64,000 nt of DNA, taken from assembly GCA_963773005.1 (NCBI GenBank), contig CAVYZR010000008.1, forward strand, positions 545,469-609,468, in the 5' to 3' direction. Below the pieces are notes generated by a model. That model saw only the letters and a program-made list of their open reading frames with translations. It made no database searches and was not told the origin of the DNA. Origin of the DNA: an uncultured Acidobacteriota bacterium (GTDB lineage: Bacteria > Acidobacteriota > Vicinamibacteria > Vicinamibacterales > 2-12-FULL-66-21). Position numbers and translations under genes: made by a program. Shown piece after piece: positions 54,537-62,854 of the stretch (the first letter of the stretch is position 1; each line of letters starts with the position of its first letter).

Positions 54537-54540
54537 CCGT

Positions 54541-54570
54541 CCGATCCGTGTCGTCCGTGTGATCTGTGGC
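54541..54570. repeat. TCCGTG/CACGGA 9-mer block (family B)
   Basis: CCGATCCGTGTCGTCCGTGTGATCTGTGGC, filling the 35-nt gap between convergent stops 54536 and 54572. Confidence 0.75.
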
Positions 54571-54571
54571 G

Positions 54572-57031
54572 TCAGTCTTTCCGCAGCGCCGTCAGCGGAT
54601 CGACGGACGCGGCGCGCCTGGCCGGAATCACGCAGGCCAGGAGCGCGGAGACGATGAGCGCCAGCGCGACCGCGCCAAAGGCGAGCGGGTCGACCGCGCC
54701 GACGTCGAACCACATGCCCTGCATCGCGCGGCCGACCAGGTAAGCGCCGACCAGCCCGAGCGCCACGCCGGTCCCGGCGGCCAGCATGCCTTCCTTCAGC
54801 ACCTGCGCGACGACACCGCGGCGCTCGGCGCCGAGCGCCATGCGCAACCCGATTTCAGGCGTTCGCTGCGCCACCAGGAACGACATCACGCCATAGATGC
54901 CGAGCGCCGCCAGCAGTAGCGCGACCGCGCCAAAGCTGGCAAACAACACCGTCCTGAACCGGTCCGCGGCAATGCTCAGATCGACAATCTGCTCCATCGT
55001 CCGCACGCCGACCATCGGCAGGTCGGGGTCGACCAACTTTAGCGCGTCGGCGATGCTGCGCGTGACGGCTGCGGGATCGCCGGCGGTTCGGACAGCCACG
55101 TCGACATTCGGCCATGGGCTTTGCGCCAGCGGCACGTCGATCTCAGGGAATCCGGTGTCGCGCGGGCCACCGTTCCTGATGTTGCGATACACGCCGACGA
55201 TCTGCCACTCCATGGGCGGGCCGAGCCTGGTGACGCCGGGAATGAGCTGCTCGACGAGGATCCGCTGCGTGAGGGGGTCGACATCCGCCATGTAGCGTCG
55301 CGCGAAGGTCTCGTTGACGAGCGCGACCGGCTGCGTTCCAAGGCGGTCCTGGTCGGTGATGGCGCGACCGCGGAGAATCTGGATGCCGAACGTGTCGAAA
55401 TAGCTCGGCGACACCATGTTGAAACCAGCGCCGGGCCGCCGTGACGGATCCTCGACCGGCTTTCCGACGATCGTGAAGGGCATGCCGAAGGCCGTGCCGC
55501 GGACCGGAATTCCAGTCGATGCCGAGACCGATCTGATGCCGGGCAGGTTTTCGATTTTTTCAATCAGTGCCCGATGGAATGCATTGATCTGCTCAGGGCC
55601 AGAGAGTTTGCCTTCCTGAACTGGCAGGTGAAACGTCAGCAGGTGATCGGTGCGAAATCCGAGGTCGACATTCGTCAGCTTGATCAGGCTGTGGACGGCG
55701 AGCCCGCCGCCGGCGAGCAGCGACAGCGCGAGCGCGAACTCGCCGGCTACGAGCGCGTGGCGGAGCCGATAACGGCTGGAGCCGCCCGACGAGCGTCCGC
55801 CGTCCTTCAGAATCTCGTTGACGTTGGCGCGCGCGGCCTGCCACGCCGGCATGCAGCCGAAGAGCACGCCTGAGAGCGTCGACACGAGCAGCGTGAACGC
55901 GAGGACGGTCATGTTCAGAGTCAGGTCGGCCTCGTACGGGAGCGTGTCGGCCGGCATGATCGCGACGATCGCGCGCAGGAGGAGCGACGACAGCGCCACG
56001 CCGATCGCCCCGCCGAGAAGCGCCAGGACCAGGCTTTCGGACAGGAGCTGCGTGAACAGCCGCCCACGGCTGGCGCCGATTGACGCGCGAACCGCCAGCT
56101 CGCGCTGCCGCGAGGCGCCGCGCGCGAGCAGCAGGTTCGCGACGTTGACGCAGGCGATCAGCAGCACGAAGCCGACCATGCCGAGAAGCAGCCACAACGC
56201 GGTCTGCGTCTGGCGTGGTAGGAAGTTGTTCTTGAGCAGCTCGACGCTCGCTCCCCAACCCTTGTTCGACGTCGGATAAAGCTCTGCGATCCGCTGCGCC
56301 ACCGAGGTCATGTTGCCGTTGGCTTGTGCCAGGCTGACGCCCGGCTTCAGTCGGCCCATGACGAGCAGCCAATGAAAGTCGTGATTGATCTGATCAGGCG
56401 TGAACGCGAGCGGGATCAGCAGTTGCGGCGGCTCACGATACTCTGAGGGCAGCGCTGCCAGAACGCCGACGACGTTGCGAGGCTTGCCATCGATCCGTAT
56501 TTCGCGACCGACGATGTTTGGATCCTTGCCGAAGCGCTCGTCCCAGAGCCGGTAGCGAAGCACCACGACCTGATCGGTGCCCGGCTGGCCCTCTTCCGGG
56601 CGGAAGTCGCGGCCAAGCACGAAGGGCACGCCCATCATCGAGTAGAACCCCGGTGTCGCGCGAACAGCATCGACCTGTTCCGGACGGTCGGCGGTCGCGA
56701 GATTGACTGCGCCGCCGGTCCAGGCGTTCAGGTCCTCGAAGACTGTGGCCTGGCGTTTCCACGCGAGAAACGTGCCGGCGGCAGTGGAGTTGCGCCCCTC
56801 CTGGACCCGCGACCAGACCATTACCAGCCGGTCGGGATCCGGATACGGCAGCGGCGCCAGGAGCGTGCCGTAGACGACGCTGAAGATCGCTGTGTTCGCG
56901 CCGACACCGATCGCCAGCGCCAGCAGGGCAATGGCAGCAAAGCCGGGACTCTTCCTGAGCAGTCGAAAGCTGAACGGGATGTCCCGCATGAGGGTAGTCA
57001 GCACGCTCGCCTCCTGATGGGCCGGAATCAC
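54572..57031 (-). CDS. MacB/FtsX-type (ADOP-like) ABC permease, intact
   Basis: 819 aa. N-terminus LRKSPGFAAIALLALAIGVGANTAIFSV, two MacB-periplasmic plus FtsX modules, C-terminus ...ARRAASVDPLTALRKD (compare ...ARRAASVDPVIALRDC in the interrupted paralog). Confidence 0.8.
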   Translation of the reverse strand: MIPAHQEASVLTTLMRDIPFSFRLLRKSPGFAAIALLALAIGVGANTAIFSVVYGTLLAPLPYPDPDRLVMVWSRVQEGRNSTAAGTFLAWKRQATVFEDLNAWTGGAVNLATADRPEQVDAVRATPGFYSMMGVPFVLGRDFRPEEGQPGTDQVVVLRYRLWDERFGKDPNIVGREIRIDGKPRNVVGVLAALPSEYREPPQLLIPLAFTPDQINHDFHWLLVMGRLKPGVSLAQANGNMTSVAQRIAELYPTSNKGWGASVELLKNNFLPRQTQTALWLLLGMVGFVLLIACVNVANLLLARGASRQRELAVRASIGASRGRLFTQLLSESLVLALLGGAIGVALSSLLLRAIVAIMPADTLPYEADLTLNMTVLAFTLLVSTLSGVLFGCMPAWQAARANVNEILKDGGRSSGGSSRYRLRHALVAGEFALALSLLAGGGLAVHSLIKLTNVDLGFRTDHLLTFHLPVQEGKLSGPEQINAFHRALIEKIENLPGIRSVSASTGIPVRGTAFGMPFTIVGKPVEDPSRRPGAGFNMVSPSYFDTFGIQILRGRAITDQDRLGTQPVALVNETFARRYMADVDPLTQRILVEQLIPGVTRLGPPMEWQIVGVYRNIRNGGPRDTGFPEIDVPLAQSPWPNVDVAVRTAGDPAAVTRSIADALKLVDPDLPMVGVRTMEQIVDLSIAADRFRTVLFASFGAVALLLAALGIYGVMSFLVAQRTPEIGLRMALGAERRGVVAQVLKEGMLAAGTGVALGLVGAYLVGRAMQGMWFDVGAVDPLAFGAVALALIVSALLACVIPARRAASVDPLTALRKD

Positions 57032-57133
57032 GGCGCTCGGCGTTGAAATACGCGGGAATGCGGCGCCGACACGCCCTGGCGGAGTTTGACGGATCGTGCG
57101 AGGCGATGGTTTGCGAAAAGTGACGGGTAAGCG

Positions 57134-58282
57134 TCAGCGAGGGGCGACGAACTTCACGCTGACGGGAGCGCCGACGGCGATCTTCGATCCTGTCGGCGTC
57201 AGCCGTCCGGTTTCGGGATTGATGCGGAAGACGACGACGGAGTCCGACCGCTGGTTGCCGGCGATGAGGTATGCACCGCTCGGGTCGATGCCGAAGCCTC
57301 GCGGCGTCGAGCCTTCGGTCGCGACGGTCTCGACGAACGTCAGGCGGCCGGTCGCCTGGTCGATGCTGAAAACCGCGATGCTGTCGTGGCCGCGGTTCGA
57401 ACCGTAGAGAAACCGGCCGGTCGGATGAACCAGGACCTCCGCTGTGCTGTAGTTGGGCAGCGCCTTGACGTCGGCGGGCAGGGTCGAGATGGTTTGTAGC
57501 GCCGTCAACGACCCACGGCCGGAGTCGCGCGTATAGGCGGTGACGGTGTTCTCGAGCTCGTTGATAGCGTACGCGAATTGCTGTTGAGGATGGATCGCCA
57601 AGTGGCGTGGGCCGGCGCCGGGCGTCGCGGCGACAAACGCCGGGTCGGCCGCTGCGAGCGCGCCCTTCGCGGCGTCCAGCTGATAGATCATGATCTTGTC
57701 GAGCCCCAGGTCGGCGACATACGCGAACCGATCGGTTTTGTCGACGATGACCGAATGCGCGTGCGGTCCCTTCTGGCGCGTCGGATTCACGCTCGAACCG
57801 GTGTGCTGGACAAAGGCCGACGCGGGCTTCAGCGCGCCATCGGTGCCGACCGGCAGCACGGCGACGCTCCCGCCGCCGTAGTTGGCGACGAGCACGTTTC
57901 TGCCGCCGTGGTCGACGGTAAGGTACGCCGGCCCACCGCCGACAGACGCCTGCCGGTTGATTGGCGTGAGCGCGCCAGTGTCGCGATTGATTGCGAACGC
58001 GCTGACCGATCCGCTCGGCTTTCCTTCGTAGGTGCCGATCTCATTGACCGCGTAGAGCCAGTCGCGCGTCGGGTGTACGGCCAGAAAGCTCGGGTTGTCG
58101 CTCTCGGTCGCCAGCACCGGCGCCGTCAGTGCTCCCTGCGCCAGATCGAGTCGGGAGACATAGATGCCCTTGCTCGTCGTGTTGGTGTAGGTGCCGATAT
58201 AGACGAGGGTGGTTTTCGGTGGTTGCATCACGGACAGGGCAGTAATGGCCAGGAAGCTGACGAGGAGATTTTGGAAAGACAT
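57134..58282 (-). CDS. lactonase-family 7-bladed beta-propeller protein (6-phosphogluconolactonase-like)
   Basis: 382 aa with a signal-like N-terminus. Sequence VYIGTYTNTTSKGIYV...NPSFLAVHP...LYAVNE is typical of the lactonase family. Confidence 0.7.
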   Translation of the reverse strand: MSFQNLLVSFLAITALSVMQPPKTTLVYIGTYTNTTSKGIYVSRLDLAQGALTAPVLATESDNPSFLAVHPTRDWLYAVNEIGTYEGKPSGSVSAFAINRDTGALTPINRQASVGGGPAYLTVDHGGRNVLVANYGGGSVAVLPVGTDGALKPASAFVQHTGSSVNPTRQKGPHAHSVIVDKTDRFAYVADLGLDKIMIYQLDAAKGALAAADPAFVAATPGAGPRHLAIHPQQQFAYAINELENTVTAYTRDSGRGSLTALQTISTLPADVKALPNYSTAEVLVHPTGRFLYGSNRGHDSIAVFSIDQATGRLTFVETVATEGSTPRGFGIDPSGAYLIAGNQRSDSVVVFRINPETGRLTPTGSKIAVGAPVSVKFVAPR

Positions 58283-58287
58283 ATTGA

Positions 58288-58500
58288 CAGTCGGTAGTCG
58301 GGAGTCGTTGGTCGGGAGTCGCAGTCGTCAGTCTTAGTCGGCACTCCGAGTCGTCACTCCGAGTCGTCAGTCCAGTGGTCAGTCGCAATCGTAGCTCATG
58401 TCGACCGCCGACTGTGACTGTCGACTGTGACTGCCGATTCGGACTGCCGACTAAGACTGACGACTGCGACTCCCGACCAACGACTCCCGACTGTCGACTG
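58288..58500. repeat. 213-nt palindrome with 56-bp near-perfect arms built from AGTCG-type oligomers (family D)
   Basis: 58288-58343 pairs with 58445-58500 at 54 Watson-Crick positions plus 2 adjacent G-U/U-G positions. The ~100-nt centre is partly self-complementary. It starts 5 nt from the lactonase ATG and ends at the DUF1552 stop codon. Confidence 0.85.
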
Positions 58501-59847
58501 TTAGAGTTCAGTCAATTGATCAATCCGTCCCGTGCTATCTCCGATTTTTTCGGCCTGAACCCCCATGCGATCGAGGACCGTCAGGAAGAGGTTCGTCATC
58601 GGCGTGTCCTTTGGATAGACGATGTGGTTGCCGAGCCTGAACCCGCCGCCCTTGCCGATCATCAGCACGGGCAGATCCTCGTGCGTGTGCCGGTTGCCGT
58701 CGCTCAGACCGCTGCCGTAGATGATCATCGAGTGGTCGAGCAGCGACCCGTCACCGTCGGGGGTGTCCTTCATCTTCTGGATGAATCCCGAGAAGAGCTC
58801 GGTGTGCATCACGTTGATCTGCGCGACCTTTTCGATCCATTCCCTGTTGTTGCGGTGGTGGGTGAGTGGGTGGTGCGGGTCGGGAACGTTGATCTCGGGA
58901 TACGTCCGCATGCTGCCTTCGCGGCCCATCATCATCGTGAGGATGCGCGTGGAGTCGGTCTGGAACGCCAGGACCTGCAGGTCGAACATCAGGTTGACGT
59001 AGTCGGCGTAGAGCACCGGAATGCCGGTCGGCTTGTCGATCGTCGGGACGAGGCCGGTCATGTCTTTCTCGGCGCGCTCGATGCGCTGCTCGATCTCGCG
59101 GATCGACGACAAGTATTCGTCGAGCTTTCGCTTGTCGGCCGGCCCGAGCGTGGCGGAGAGTTCGGCTGTCCGTTCCCCGACGAGGTCGAGGATGCTGCGC
59201 CGATACATCAGCCGCCGCGCCCGCACCTCAGGCGTCAGGCTGGTATCGATATCGCCAAACAGACGTTCGAACACCAGCCTCGGGTTTGTTTCCGGCGGCA
59301 TCGGCGTCGCCGGGCCACGCCAGGCGAGGCTGTTGGTGTAGGCGCACGAATAACCCGAGTCGCAGTTGCCGACCGTGCGCGAGTCGTCGCAGCCGAGTTC
59401 CAGCGACCCGAAGCGCGTCTGCGATCCGATGTGCTGCGCTGCCACCTGGTCGACGGAGATACCGTTTTGAATGTCGGCGCCGGCCGTCTTGCGCGGGTGG
59501 ACGCCGGTCAGGTACGACGCGCCCGCCCGCGCGTGATCGCCAGGGCCGTCGCCGAGCGCATAGCCATTGCGTTGCGCCAGTCCGGACAGCACCAGCGTGT
59601 CTTCCCTGAACTTCTCGAGCGGCTTGAGGACGCGCGTGTACTCGAAGGCGCGTCCGGCAGCCGTCGGCGTCCAGTCGGCCATGACGATGCCATTCGGCAC
59701 GTAGGTGAAGGCGAGACGCACCGGTGCCTTCGCGAGTCGAGGCGCGGCAAACGCCGGTGTCATCGAATCCAGCACGGGAAGCGCAATGGCGGCGCCCATC
59801 CCCTTCAGAAACGTGCGGCGGTGCAGATGCTTGCGCGTGACGATCAT
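58501..59847 (-). CDS. DUF1552-family protein with TAT signal
   Basis: 448 aa. N-terminus RRTFLKGMGAAIALPVLDSM. Conserved partner of DUF1592-type proteins. Function unknown. Confidence 0.7.
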   Translation of the reverse strand: MIVTRKHLHRRTFLKGMGAAIALPVLDSMTPAFAAPRLAKAPVRLAFTYVPNGIVMADWTPTAAGRAFEYTRVLKPLEKFREDTLVLSGLAQRNGYALGDGPGDHARAGASYLTGVHPRKTAGADIQNGISVDQVAAQHIGSQTRFGSLELGCDDSRTVGNCDSGYSCAYTNSLAWRGPATPMPPETNPRLVFERLFGDIDTSLTPEVRARRLMYRRSILDLVGERTAELSATLGPADKRKLDEYLSSIREIEQRIERAEKDMTGLVPTIDKPTGIPVLYADYVNLMFDLQVLAFQTDSTRILTMMMGREGSMRTYPEINVPDPHHPLTHHRNNREWIEKVAQINVMHTELFSGFIQKMKDTPDGDGSLLDHSMIIYGSGLSDGNRHTHEDLPVLMIGKGGGFRLGNHIVYPKDTPMTNLFLTVLDRMGVQAEKIGDSTGRIDQLTEL

Positions 59848-59861
59848 GGCGCTGCGACTCC

Positions 59862-62444
59862 TTATTTGATTCGACCTTCGGCCCTCTGACGAGGGCCGAA
59901 GGCCGGTGTATCAGCATTGGGGGAAGGTGAGGGTGTCCCTGTCGCGGATCGCCGGGACTGGAACGGCACGCTCTTGACGATCTCGAGCACGAGCCCCGAG
60001 AACCTGTAGTCGTACTTCGGCAGCCGGCTGGCGATGAGCTTGACGGTCCGGTAGTCGTACCGCTCCAGACCGCGTCCGAGCCCGTAGGTGAGGAGCTTCG
60101 ACGTGATCGCACGGGCAAACGCGTCCTGGTCTGCAGAGAGAATCTTCCGCAGTTCCTCGGGGCCGGTGAAACGGCGGCCGTCCGGCAGCTGGCCTGATGC
60201 GTCGATCGGGAACTTGCCCTCCCGGTCTCGCCACGCGCCAACCGCGTCGAAGTTCTCGAGACCGAAACCGAGCGGATCCATGCGACGGTGACACGAGGCG
60301 CAGATCGCGTTCTTGCGATGTTCCTCGAGCTGCGCGCGCATCGACGCCGACGTGCCGATGGTGGCTTCGTCGAGGTTCGGGACGTCGGCGGGCGGCTCGG
60401 GCGGTGGCGCATTGAGCAGGTTGTCGAGGACCCACTTGCCGCGAAGCACCGGCGAGGTCCTCGTGGCGTACGAGGAAACGGCGAGGATGCTGCCCTGGGT
60501 CAGCACGCCGCCGCGCGGCGTCGCCGACAGGTCGACCTGGCGGAACTCCGGTCCCGACACATTGGGGATTCCGTAGTGGCGCGCCAGGCGCTCGTTCAGG
60601 AACGAGTAGCGACCGTTGATGAAGTCGAGCACGCTGCGGTCGTTCCTGACGATCGCCTCGATGAAGAGCTCGGTTTCGCGGCGCATCGACAGCCGCAGGT
60701 AGTCTTCGAACTCCGGGAACTTGTCGCGGTCGCGGGTCAACGATTCAAGGGCGCGGAACTGCAGCCATTGGCCGCCAAAGTTCTCGGCCAGTGCATGAGA
60801 TTTCGGATCCCGCAGCATCCGCCGGACCTGGAACGCAAGGACCTGCGGGTCGCGCAGCGTGCCTGTGTCGGCCGCCTTGCGCAGCTCGGCATCGGGCATA
60901 CTCGCCCAGAGGAAGTACGACAGCCGCGCTGCCAGCTCGTGAGGCGTGAGGCGAAAGACGCCGGTGACCCCGCTGTTCAACGTCCCACTCGAGCGATCGC
61001 GTTCGATCCTGAACAAGAAGTCCGGCGACACCAGGATCGCCTGAATTCCGACCGCCAGGCCCTCTTCGAACGACCCTTCCTGCTTTTGCGCCAGCTCGGC
61101 CAGGACGATGTATTTTTCGACTTCACGCGTCGTGACGGGACGGCGGAACGCGCGCCGTGCGAGACCGGTGACGACGCGGGGCATGCAGGTCGGCTGGTGC
61201 TGGCCGTTCAAGTGGCCGCAGGTGTAGATCTTCTCGAGACTCGCCCGCGACGGTCCCTTCGTAAACGAATAGGGCCCGCCAATCTCGACGACGTTCACGC
61301 GGACGCCGTTCAACCCCATCTTTGCGAGCTCCGCGGTTGCATCGTCGAAGCGCTTGCGGAGCTGCTCGAGCCGTTCTGGCGGCACATTGGCCGGCGGCTT
61401 GAACTCACGTGGAGGATCCGGCCGTGTCGATGGGTTCGGCCCCGCGTATCGGACCGGCAGCCCTTCGTAGATTCGCGGGATGGCGACGGAAATCCAGTGG
61501 TCGCCGGCGGTCAGCCGGAGTTTCATCTGCACGGCCTGGCCGCCGAAATCCTGCCGATCGTCGGCAAACGACGCCGCGCGCTCTTGATCGTGGGTGGCGG
61601 TCTGCACCAGCTTCTCGTCAACCCACAGCGCGATCGTGATCGGTTCGGACGCTTTCGGGCGCAGCCCCCCGAGCACGACGCGGACGATGTACTCGCCGTC
61701 GACGGGAATGCGGTGCATCGCGTGGAATGCGTTGGGGAGGCTGAGCCCGGTGACGTCGTAGGTAGCCGGAACCGTCACTTGATCGACGACTTTGCGGCCC
61801 TCGGAGCGCAGCCGCGCCAGCGTCGGTTCCATCGGCGGCGGTCCGAACACGGCGACCCTCGCCACACGATCTGCGGCCGACACGTACTTTTCCATGAGCA
61901 CCGGCGAGAGGGACAACACGTCGGCAATGTTGTCGAATCCGTAGCCGGCATCGTCCTGCGGGAAGTCGTCGGCCGGGCGCAGGTCAACCCCAAGGAGTTC
62001 TTTGATGGTGTTGTTGTATTCGGTACGGTTCAGGCGTCGCGCGGTGACCCGGCCGGGATCGGGCGGAGTCGACGCGTCAATGCGTTCGAGCTCCCGTGCC
62101 AGCCACGCCGCCACCGCCTGACGCTGCTCTTCCGGCGGCTGCTCTTCCTCGAGCGGCGGCATTTCGCTGCGGCGAAGCTTGCCGACGACCTCGTCCCACT
62201 GCTCGCGATGCGCGATGAGAGACGCGCGGGTGTCAAACGATTGCAGGTTGAGATCGTTTTCTTGCTTCTTGTTGCCGTGGCAGGAAAAGCAGTTCTGCGC
62301 GAGGAACGGCTTGACGACGGTGTCGAAGCTCGCGCTTGACCGCACAGGCGCAGGCCCGGCCTTCGGGGCAGGCCCGGATGCCTTCTGGGCGGAGCCCACG
62401 ATCACCATCGACGTGAGTAGAGCGAGAACGAGGAGCGATCGCAC
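59862..62444 (-). CDS. DUF1592/DUF1595/DUF1587/DUF1588/DUF1585-type multi-domain protein with heme-c-like CxxCH motifs
   Basis: 860 aa, GTG start with GGGAGG upstream, signal peptide. Motifs CFSCHG near the N-terminus and CASCHRRMDPLGFGLENFD near the C-terminus. Confidence 0.7.
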   Translation of the reverse strand: MRSLLVLALLTSMVIVGSAQKASGPAPKAGPAPVRSSASFDTVVKPFLAQNCFSCHGNKKQENDLNLQSFDTRASLIAHREQWDEVVGKLRRSEMPPLEEEQPPEEQRQAVAAWLARELERIDASTPPDPGRVTARRLNRTEYNNTIKELLGVDLRPADDFPQDDAGYGFDNIADVLSLSPVLMEKYVSAADRVARVAVFGPPPMEPTLARLRSEGRKVVDQVTVPATYDVTGLSLPNAFHAMHRIPVDGEYIVRVVLGGLRPKASEPITIALWVDEKLVQTATHDQERAASFADDRQDFGGQAVQMKLRLTAGDHWISVAIPRIYEGLPVRYAGPNPSTRPDPPREFKPPANVPPERLEQLRKRFDDATAELAKMGLNGVRVNVVEIGGPYSFTKGPSRASLEKIYTCGHLNGQHQPTCMPRVVTGLARRAFRRPVTTREVEKYIVLAELAQKQEGSFEEGLAVGIQAILVSPDFLFRIERDRSSGTLNSGVTGVFRLTPHELAARLSYFLWASMPDAELRKAADTGTLRDPQVLAFQVRRMLRDPKSHALAENFGGQWLQFRALESLTRDRDKFPEFEDYLRLSMRRETELFIEAIVRNDRSVLDFINGRYSFLNERLARHYGIPNVSGPEFRQVDLSATPRGGVLTQGSILAVSSYATRTSPVLRGKWVLDNLLNAPPPEPPADVPNLDEATIGTSASMRAQLEEHRKNAICASCHRRMDPLGFGLENFDAVGAWRDREGKFPIDASGQLPDGRRFTGPEELRKILSADQDAFARAITSKLLTYGLGRGLERYDYRTVKLIASRLPKYDYRFSGLVLEIVKSVPFQSRRSATGTPSPSPNADTPAFGPRQRAEGRIK

Positions 62445-62652
62445 GCACCTCCCATCGCACGGTGACGCCTCTTCGGCCGCCCCGCGGGATCTAAACCGTT
62501 ACCCTATTATGAATTATCGGGAATCGGCGTGATCAAGATCAAGCCGATTCCGGATCGGCGTCGCGGGATTGGAAAACGCCGGAGCTGAGCCGGATCACGG
62601 TGGTATAGTCGCCGCGTCTGGCGCTGTTGAGATAAGAGGAGGATCGGGGTCC

Positions 62653-62778
62653 ATGCGTGTTTTTTCCATCCTCGCCGTTTGTGGCTTCGCAGCCTGGCCT
62701 GGCCTGTCGGCAGGGTCGGGAGGAGCCTACGGCCGCGGCGTCTCCGTGCGCGCGCCGTCACTCGTGCCGGACCGATGA
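62653..62778 (+). CDS. candidate 41-aa small secreted peptide
   Basis: ATG 62653 preceded by AAGAGGAGG about 10 nt upstream. Sequence MRVFSILAVCGFAAWPGLSAGSGGAYGRGVSVRAPSLVPDR. Too short to evaluate by composition. Confidence 0.25.
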   Translation: MRVFSILAVCGFAAWPGLSAGSGGAYGRGVSVRAPSLVPDR

Positions 62779-62854
62779 CGCGTCCAGGATCGACGCATGC
62801 CGCGCGGTCCACGTCTCAACCACACATCCACAGACAAGTAGCCTAGAGCCGACT

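Noticed and set aside
60288-62339. 683-aa + strand ORF
   Set aside because: It lies antisense to the DUF1592-type gene, is Arg-rich and has no motifs. Shadow ORF.
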